Source of the DNA: Candidatus Methylomirabilia bacterium | GTDB lineage: Bacteria; Methylomirabilota; Methylomirabilia; Rokubacteriales; CSP1-6 | Length of the DNA stretch: 13,471 nucleotides | Assembly (NCBI GenBank): GCA_041497895.1 | Contig: JBGQHJ010000129.1 | Span: forward strand, 1-13,471 | Direction of reading: 5' to 3' | Shown: positions 7,936-13,471 of the stretch, piece by piece | Numbering within the stretch: the first letter of the stretch is position 1 | How the letters are laid out: each line of letters starts with the position of its first letter | The notes under the pieces: generated by a model | Database searches by the model: none | The model's input: only the letters and a program-made list of their open reading frames with translations | What the model was told of the DNA's origin: nothing | Made by a program: the position numbers and the translations under genes

Positions 7936-8699
7936 AGCCGCCGGAGCGCCGCGCGGCCGTCGTCGCCGAGACGCATGGTGTAGTCGTTCACGTACATCAG
8001 GACGAAGCGCCGGCACGTCTCCTTGTCGATGTCGCGGCCGTAGCGCATCGCGTAGTCGAGGGCCTCGTCGACATGGGCGAAGGCGTAGTCCATCGAGTCC
8101 CGGAGGCCCTGAGAGAGCTTCCGGTGGGTCTCCTCGCCCAGGTCACGGCGCATCACGTTGATGCCGAGCGGCAGGGGCAGGCCGGACTCCTTCTGCCACT
8201 CCTCGCCCAGGTCGAGCACCTTCACGAGCCCCATGCGCCGATGCGTGATCTGTCCCTCGTGGATGAGGAGCCCGAGGTCGGCCTGCCCCTCCAGCACGAC
8301 CTTCGGGATCTTGTCGAAGGCCACCTCGATGGTGGGCGGATCGCCCACGTAGAGGCGGAGCAGCAGCGCGGCGGTGGTATGGCTGCCCGGGATCGCGACC
8401 ACCTTCTCCTCGAGCTTCGCGCGCTCGATCGGCTCGCGCGCCACCAGGATGGGCCCGTAGCCCTTCCCCATGGACGCTCCGGGATCCATCATCCGGTAGG
8501 TGGGATGGACCAGGGTGTAGGTGGCCGCGGAGATCGCGGTGACCTCGAGCTCTCCGGTCCGCGCCCGACGGTTGAGCGATTCGATGTCCTCGAGCACGTG
8601 CTCGACGGTGACGCCGGGGATCTTCACCTTGCCGGCGGTGAGGGCGTAAAACATGAAGGCGTCGTCGGGATCCGGGCTGTGACCGATGCGAATCAGCAT
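7875..8699 (-). CDS. mqnD: 1,4-dihydroxy-6-naphthoate synthase MqnD
   Basis: IGHSPDPDDAFMFYAL, EDIESLN, GASMGKGYGP, TTAALLL, LLIHEGQ, LPLPLG and MYVN. SD AGGGAGG on the minus strand at 8710-8704. Confidence 0.9.
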   Translation of the reverse strand: MLIRIGHSPDPDDAFMFYALTAGKVKIPGVTVEHVLEDIESLNRRARTGELEVTAISAATYTLVHPTYRMMDPGASMGKGYGPILVAREPIERAKLEEKVVAIPGSHTTAALLLRLYVGDPPTIEVAFDKIPKVVLEGQADLGLLIHEGQITHRRMGLVKVLDLGEEWQKESGLPLPLGINVMRRDLGEETHRKLSQGLRDSMDYAFAHVDEALDYAMRYGRDIDKETCRRFVLMYVNDYTMRLGDDGRAALRRLYEMAHAKKLIQAVPPVDPI

Positions 8700-8725
8700 G
8701 CGACCTCCCTCGTCGTGAACCGGTG

Positions 8726-9316
8726 ATGGCGACGCCCGCGACCCGCGACCGGATCCTCCAGGCCGCGCTGCAGGTCTTCGCGGAGAAAGGGTATCACAGG
8801 GCTCTGGTCGACGACATCGTGCGCGCCTCGCACACTTCGAAGGGGGCGGTCTACCACCACTTCCCGAACAAGGAGGCGCTCTTCCTCGCGCTCGTCGACG
8901 AGTTCGCCGGCCGCCTGGCCGAGTCGGTGGCCGCCGCCATCGCGGGTGCGGAGGGCGCCCTCGGCAAAGTGGAGGCCGCCCTGACCTCGGGACTCGAGAC
9001 CTTCGCGCGGCACCGGGAGCTGGCCCGGATCCTCCTCCTCGAGTCGGTGAGCCTGGGTCCCTCGTACCAGTCGAAGCGGCTCGAGGTGCACGATCGCTTC
9101 GCCGCGCTCATCCAGGCGTACCTCGACGAGGCGGTCGCGGAAGGATCGATCCCGAGCCTCGATACGCGGGTGACGACGCTGGCGTGGCTCGGAGCGCTCA
9201 ACGAGGTGGTGGTGCAGTGGCTCTGCCGCGGGCGACCGGACCTCCTGCGCGAGGCGGTGCCGGCCCTGGCTCCCCTGCTCCTGCGAAGCATCGGGGCGAA
9301 GCCGGCGGGCGGCTGA
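8726..9316 (+). CDS. TetR/AcrR family transcriptional regulator
   Basis: N-terminal HTH: TRDRILQAALQVFAEKGYHRALVDDIVRASHTSKGAVYHHFPNKEALF, followed by a helical ligand-binding C-terminus. Start is ATG 8726 (or GTG 8723). No SD is visible. Confidence 0.93.
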   Translation: MATPATRDRILQAALQVFAEKGYHRALVDDIVRASHTSKGAVYHHFPNKEALFLALVDEFAGRLAESVAAAIAGAEGALGKVEAALTSGLETFARHRELARILLLESVSLGPSYQSKRLEVHDRFAALIQAYLDEAVAEGSIPSLDTRVTTLAWLGALNEVVVQWLCRGRPDLLREAVPALAPLLLRSIGAKPAGG

Positions 9317-9320
9317 GCGC

Positions 9321-9908
9321 TCAGCTCCCCCAAGCGCCGAAGCGGAACCGGCGATCGCCGGCGAACCGTACCGCGAACTCTCCCGCCTTGATCGCGCGGA
9401 GGATCGCGTCCGGGCTCCGGGCCGCCTCGACCTCGACCCAGGCGCGCCCGAAGTCCTCGTCCCGGTGCCCGTCGTCGGTGGCGACCTTGGGAAGCGGGAT
9501 CGCCTCCACGTCGTACTCGGCCTGATAGACGCCGGTGTCGGTGATCTCCACCGCGTGGATCGGAAGGCCGTCGCGGGTGATGGTGCGGATGCGCCTCAGG
9601 GTCTGCTCCACGGTGAGCGAGTACCGGGCCGGGTGATTCAGGATGTAGAGCGTTTCCTGATCGCCGGTCACCTTCCCCACGTGCTGCCCCAAGGGTCGGT
9701 AGTCGATCTCGACGCCGGCGAGCACGAGCATGCGATCGTCGCCGGGCGGGAGCCGGAACCAGTACTCGTCGTCGATGCGGTCGTCGTGGTCGGTGATGGC
9801 GAGGAAGTCGTAGCCGAGGTCGCGGTAGCGAGCGACCACGTCTTCCGCGGGCAGGCGCCCGTCGGAGAACGTCGTGTGGGTGTGGAGGTTGCCCTTCAGG
9901 AGGGGCAT
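9321..9908 (-). CDS. PHP-domain metallohydrolase (CehA/McbA-like)
   Basis: PHP metal-binding motifs KGNLHTHTTFSDG, FLAITDHD, LAGVE, NHP and DDGH. Confidence 0.85.
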   Translation of the reverse strand: MPLLKGNLHTHTTFSDGRLPAEDVVARYRDLGYDFLAITDHDDRIDDEYWFRLPPGDDRMLVLAGVEIDYRPLGQHVGKVTGDQETLYILNHPARYSLTVEQTLRRIRTITRDGLPIHAVEITDTGVYQAEYDVEAIPLPKVATDDGHRDEDFGRAWVEVEAARSPDAILRAIKAGEFAVRFAGDRRFRFGAWGS

Positions 9909-9947
9909 CGTGGAGACCGCGCGAGCCCGGGCGCTACGCGCCGCGGC

Positions 9948-10367
9948 TCAGCGGGGATTGGACACGCGCTGGGTCGACGCCGACGGCACCGAATCCCACA
10001 CCACCGTGAACCCGAGCGCGAACCATCCGCTCCGGGCCCAGGGCTCCTGCGAGACGTAGCTGCCGACCGGCGTGGTGGGCGAGGTCCAACCCGAGAGGCC
10101 GTACTTGGTGCCCCCCTGCGTCTGGCCCACAAACGGCTCGATGAACGCCGGCTCATGCCGGACCCGGACGTCCTCGCGGTAGAAGTCAGCCTCCCGCGGG
10201 CGGGTCGCTTCGCGGGTGGCGGGGCTCGGCTCGACGATCCGGAGCTGCGGGGGCTTCTCGGGGGCCGTCGCCCGGATCTCGACCGGATTCTGGGCGGAGG
10301 CGGGCCCCGCGATCATGACGGCCAGCAACCCGGTCCCGATGGCCTTTGCGGTGAGCGCGCGCTTCAT
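9948..10367 (-). CDS. Hypothetical secreted protein
   Basis: Sec-type signal peptide MKRALTAKAIGTGLLAVMIAGPASA|QN. Fills the gap between genes. No recognised domain. Confidence 0.65.
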   Translation of the reverse strand: MKRALTAKAIGTGLLAVMIAGPASAQNPVEIRATAPEKPPQLRIVEPSPATREATRPREADFYREDVRVRHEPAFIEPFVGQTQGGTKYGLSGWTSPTTPVGSYVSQEPWARSGWFALGFTVVWDSVPSASTQRVSNPR

Positions 10368-10397
10368 GTCCGGATCATCTCAGAACGAGCCTGCGGC

Positions 10398-10413
10398 CGC
10401 AAGAGAATCGCCG
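10398..10413 (-). promoter_or_regulatory. Possible sigma54 promoter for the secreted protein gene
   Basis: Minus strand reads CGGCGA-TTCTC-TTGCG, with correct GG-N10-GC spacing and TTGC, about 30 nt upstream of ATG 10367. It deviates from TGGCAC. Confidence 0.35.
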
Positions 10414-10541
10414 GGATACACCGCACCGCGGTTTCGCGTCGTGAACGTCGCACTAAGTTCCGTGATTGGGTATTGCTTTTCATATAAAGATGGGCAAGAG
10501 TGAAAATGTTCGGAAAAAATGCGGCAATCTGGTGGGAAGCC

Positions 10542-10910
10542 TTACCCCGCGGACGACGAGCGGGTCAGCCGCGAAAGGACCTCGGTGAACTGGGCAAGCC
10601 CGGCAGGCTTCATGATCACCTCCGAGGCCCCGAGCTCCATCGCCTCCCGGGTTTCTTCGTCCCCGGCATGAGCCGAAAGGATCACGACCGGCACGTGGGG
10701 AAACCGACTCCTGATACGGGTGAGCACGGCCAGGCCTCCCAGGCCCGGCATGACCAGGTCCAGGAACACCCCGTCGACCGGGGTCGACTCCAGAAGACGC
10801 AGTCCTTCGGTGCCGTCGAGCGCGACCACTGCCTCGTGGCCGAAGGTCCTGACCGCCTCCGCGATCATCTCCGCGACCGAAGGATCATCGTCCACCACCA
10901 GGATCTTCAT
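10542..10910 (-). CDS. Single-domain (CheY-like) response regulator
   Basis: All receiver catalytic residues are present: MKILVVDDD, VFLDLVMPG (phospho-Asp), VVILSA and IMKP. No output domain. Confidence 0.92.
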   Translation of the reverse strand: MKILVVDDDPSVAEMIAEAVRTFGHEAVVALDGTEGLRLLESTPVDGVFLDLVMPGLGGLAVLTRIRSRFPHVPVVILSAHAGDEETREAMELGASEVIMKPAGLAQFTEVLSRLTRSSSAG

Positions 10911-10999
10911 GGGTTTCGCCGGGTGCCAGTATCGGGACCAGGGTCACCTTCGTCAAGGGCCTGCTTCACCCCCGCCCCTCCGGACCTGACCCCCACCCG

Positions 11000-12460
11000 A
11001 TGAGCCCCGGCGCGATCCTCGTCGTCGACGGCAGGCCAGAAAGCCGCGCGGGACTGGTGCGGGTGGTCAAGGAGGGCGGGTACTCGGTCCTCGAGGCGGG
11101 GACCACCGCGGAGGCCCTGGCGCTCCTGTCCAGCCTCCACCCGCAGCTGGTGCTGCTCGACATCGATCAGCTCGACGCGAGCGCCCTGGACCTGGCCCGA
11201 CAGATCAAGCTCGAGAGCGCCGACGTCCCGGTGGTCATCCTCTCCGGGACCGGGGACCGCGACCTCGTGGTCAAGGGCATGCGGACCGGCGCGTACGACT
11301 TCCTCGTCAAACCCGTCGCCGGTCCGACCCTCAGGGAGGTCCTGAAGGCCGCCCTGGCGCAGTCCGATAGCGCGCCGCTCGTGCCCGCGCCGGGAGGCAA
11401 CGGGTCCGCGGGGCACCAGGCCCCGGTGGACGTCGACCTGCTGTTCCGGAACAGCGAGCGCATGCGGGCGGTGGAAGACATCGTCCGCCGCGCAGCCGAC
11501 ACCAACGCCACGATCCTGCTACAGGGCGAGAGCGGCACCGGCAAGGAGATGGTGGCCCGGGCGATTCACTACATCTCGGACCGACGGGACAAGCCGTTCC
11601 TCAAGGTCAACTGCGCGTCCCTCCCGGGGGACCTGCTCGAGTCTGAGCTGTTCGGCCACGAGAAGGGGTCCTTCACGGGAGCCCATCGCCGCAAGCCCGG
11701 CAAGTTCGAGCTGGCCCACCGGGGCACCTTCCTCCTGGACGAGATCGGGGAGATGCCGCTCGGCCTGCAGGCCAAGCTGCTCCACGTGCTGCAGGACGGG
11801 CAGTTCTTCCGCGTGGGCGGCAGCGAGGTGATCACCTCGGACGCGCGACTCATCGCGGCCACCAACCGGAACCTGGCATCGGTGATGACCACCGGGATGT
11901 TCCGGGAGGACCTCTACTACCGCCTGAACGTGGTAGCGATCTCGATTCCTCCCCTGCGTGAGCGCCGGGAGGAGATCCCGGTCCTCGTCGACTACTTCAT
12001 GGGGCGGTTCTGTCGGCAGTACAACCGCGACGCCCTCAAGATCTCCCAGGCGACGATGCGTCTCCTCCAGGACTATTCCTGGCCGGGCAACGTCCGCGAG
12101 CTCGAGAACATGATCAAGCGGGCGGTGGTGCTGCAGACCGAGGCCCTCGTCCAGCAGGAGATCGCGCTTCGGAGCGAGAAGCCCTGGGCGCCGAAACCGG
12201 AGGCCGGTCCCCCGCCCGTCCAGGCGGCCGCACCGGTGGCCACCAGCGCGATTCCCGACAGCGAGATGGGGCTGAAGGACATTGCCCGCCGCGCGGCCAT
12301 GGCGGCCGAGAAGGCGGTGATCAAGGAAGTGCTCGAGAAGGTGCGCTGGAACCGCGCCGAGGCGGCGCGCCTCCTGAAGATCAGCTACAAGGCCATGCTC
12401 TACAAGATCCGCCAGGTGGGACTGGACGATAGGCCCGAGCGGGGCTCGGGTAGGAAATGA
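11000..12460 (+). CDS. NtrC-family sigma54-dependent response regulator (REC-AAA+-HTH)
   Basis: REC (LVLLD, ILSG, DFLVKP), Walker A GESGTGKE, ESELFGHEKGSFTGA, Walker B LLDEIGEM, REDLYYRLNV, WPGNVRELEN and Fis-type HTH WNRAEAARLLKISYKAMLYKI. Confidence 0.95.
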   Translation: MSPGAILVVDGRPESRAGLVRVVKEGGYSVLEAGTTAEALALLSSLHPQLVLLDIDQLDASALDLARQIKLESADVPVVILSGTGDRDLVVKGMRTGAYDFLVKPVAGPTLREVLKAALAQSDSAPLVPAPGGNGSAGHQAPVDVDLLFRNSERMRAVEDIVRRAADTNATILLQGESGTGKEMVARAIHYISDRRDKPFLKVNCASLPGDLLESELFGHEKGSFTGAHRRKPGKFELAHRGTFLLDEIGEMPLGLQAKLLHVLQDGQFFRVGGSEVITSDARLIAATNRNLASVMTTGMFREDLYYRLNVVAISIPPLRERREEIPVLVDYFMGRFCRQYNRDALKISQATMRLLQDYSWPGNVRELENMIKRAVVLQTEALVQQEIALRSEKPWAPKPEAGPPPVQAAAPVATSAIPDSEMGLKDIARRAAMAAEKAVIKEVLEKVRWNRAEAARLLKISYKAMLYKIRQVGLDDRPERGSGRK

Positions 12461-12646
12461 TTTGCTTCGTTTGCCCCGGTAACTACCTAAGTCCGTTCCT
12501 CAACTCCTAGCGTACCCGCCGCGTGAGGCGGCCCGCGCGCCTTGGCTTCGCTCCTTCCCTCGCTCGACCGTCGTACTCGCAACCAACAGTGAATCCGTCA
12601 CGATAGACGCCTACCCCGCGGCCTAGCGTGGACGAACTGCGCCGGA

Positions 12647-12662
12647 TGGCGCAAGACTTGCT
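12647..12662 (+). promoter_or_regulatory. sigma54 (-24/-12) promoter
   Basis: TGGCGC-AAGAC-TTGCT has one mismatch to the consensus TGGCAC-N5-TTGCW. It lies about 80 nt upstream of GTG 12742, which has SD GGGAGG at 12730-12735. Confidence 0.8.
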
Positions 12663-12741
12663 CACGATCCGCCCGGAGGCGGCCCCGGGGCTGGCCGCGC
12701 TCGAATCGGTGGTCAACCCGTCACACGAAGGGAGGGGACAC

Positions 12742-13239
12742 GTGAGCGAATTCATGGATACCCAGACCGGGGTATTTCATGAGGACACGTTCCGCCACCT
12801 GCTGACTCGGGAGGCGGGGCGCGCGACGCGGTACCAGGATTTCTTCTCGGTTTGCCTTCTGCGGCCCGACGTCAGCGGTGACCGGCAGCAGATCGCCGAA
12901 GAGATCGAGCGAGCGCTCTCCGAGAAGATCCCGGAGTTCGTGCGGGCGACCGACCTCGTCGGACAGCTCTCGTCCGCCATCGCCGTGATCCTGCTTCACA
13001 CCGCCGGCAGCGACGCCCTGCGTGTGGCCGAGCGGATTCGCGCCAACATCGAGCAGGTCGCCTTCCGAGAGGGGCCCGAGGGCCGTCCCCAGCGGCTCAC
13101 GGTGAGCGTCGGAAACGTCTCCTTCCCTCACGACGGGCACACGGACTCGATTCTGCTTTCGCAGGCGCTCGCCTACCTGGAGCAAGCCGTACAGCGCGGC
13201 GGCAATCAGGTCACCCACAGCACCGCAACCCCGGACTAG
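12742..13239 (+). CDS. Stand-alone degenerate GGDEF-domain protein (likely catalytically inactive, RxxD site retained)
   Basis: GGDEF fold landmarks: DTQTG, REAGRATRY, RATDLVG, AVILLHT, ALRVAERIR, LTVSVG..FP.DG and GGNQV. The GG[D/E]EF motif is replaced by SSAIA. Start moved from ORF-track 12628 to GTG 12742 because of the SD and the sigma54 promoter. Confidence 0.8.
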   Translation: MSEFMDTQTGVFHEDTFRHLLTREAGRATRYQDFFSVCLLRPDVSGDRQQIAEEIERALSEKIPEFVRATDLVGQLSSAIAVILLHTAGSDALRVAERIRANIEQVAFREGPEGRPQRLTVSVGNVSFPHDGHTDSILLSQALAYLEQAVQRGGNQVTHSTATPD

Positions 13240-13261
13240 GCGTCGGGAGGAAAGGCCTCGC

Positions 13262-13471
13262 GTGAATCTCCTGGTGCTTGACGAATCACTGGATCTCGCC
13301 GTCGTGGTCGGACGCCTCGCGCCCGTCCGCGGGTGGGAGCCGCATTTCGTGGGGTCGCTGCACGAGCTGGAGCAGGCGGTGCAGGCGCACGGGCGGCCGG
13401 CGCTGACGGTGGTGAATCTGCAGCCGCCGCTGACGGCGTGGGAGCTGGGGCAGCGGCTGCGGGGGCTGGGG
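13262..13471 (+). CDS. Atypical receiver (pseudo-REC) domain protein, 3' truncated by the window edge
   Basis: Not in the ORF track. My translation from GTG 13262: MNLLVLDESLDLAVVVGRLAPVRGWEPHFVGSLHELEQAVQAHGRPALTVVNLQPPLTAWELGQRLRGLG. It follows a receiver-like pattern with Asn52 at the phospho-Asp position. SD GGGAGG at 13245-13250. Confidence 0.6.
   Translation, partial: MNLLVLDESLDLAVVVGRLAPVRGWEPHFVGSLHELEQAVQAHGRPALTVVNLQPPLTAWELGQRLRGLG

Noticed and set aside
7875..8699. Idea that mqnD itself was inverted (flipping it would end GT4 with an ATGCTGA overlap)
   Set aside because: mqnD has a good SD (AGGGAGG) outside the CDS in its present orientation, and the frame coincidence has roughly a 1-in-3 chance.
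6672..8726. 684-aa plus-strand ORF
   Set aside because: Arg/Gly/Pro-rich off-frame overlap of GT4 plus antisense of mqnD; not protein-like.
9312..9325. 14-bp perfect palindrome GCTGAGCGCTCAGC at the tetR/PHP junction
   Set aside because: Largely explained by two convergent TGA stops around GCGC. No loop or U-tract, so not called a terminator or operator.
10467..10482. sigma54-like TGGGTA-TTGCT-TTTCA on the plus strand
   Set aside because: Lacks the -12 GC at the correct spacing, and there is no plus-strand gene immediately downstream.
9465..10487. 340-aa plus-strand ORF and other short overlapping ORFs in the track
   Set aside because: Antisense or alternate-frame to well-supported genes; no domain evidence.
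12628..12741. Longer start for the GGDEF-like gene
   Set aside because: This stretch contains the sigma54 promoter, and a strong SD precedes GTG 12742.

Overview
High-GC bacterial window; gene content and style suggest Methylomirabilota/Rokubacteria-like, which is inference only. It has four blocks. (1) The 3' end of a carbohydrate ABC transporter operon (partial substrate-binding protein and two permeases). (2) A futalosine-pathway menaquinone locus: mqnE-mqnA-mqnC, tightly coupled to a DegT-family aminotransferase and a GT4 glycosyltransferase. It sits behind a near-consensus sigma70 promoter with a perfect 10-2-10 palindrome over the predicted start site. mqnD lies on the opposite strand, head-to-head with a TetR gene only about 26 bp away, and no mqnB is visible. 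(3) A PHP metallohydrolase and a small secreted hypothetical protein on the minus strand. (4) A signalling cluster: a CheY-like receiver, an NtrC-type sigma54 activator, a clear sigma54 -24/-12 promoter, a degenerate stand-alone GGDEF protein and a partial pseudo-receiver. The best leads are a putative TetR-repressed mqn operon with unusual gene geometry, and a sigma54-driven module of apparently inactive signalling domains. I see no RNA genes, CRISPR arrays or mobile elements.
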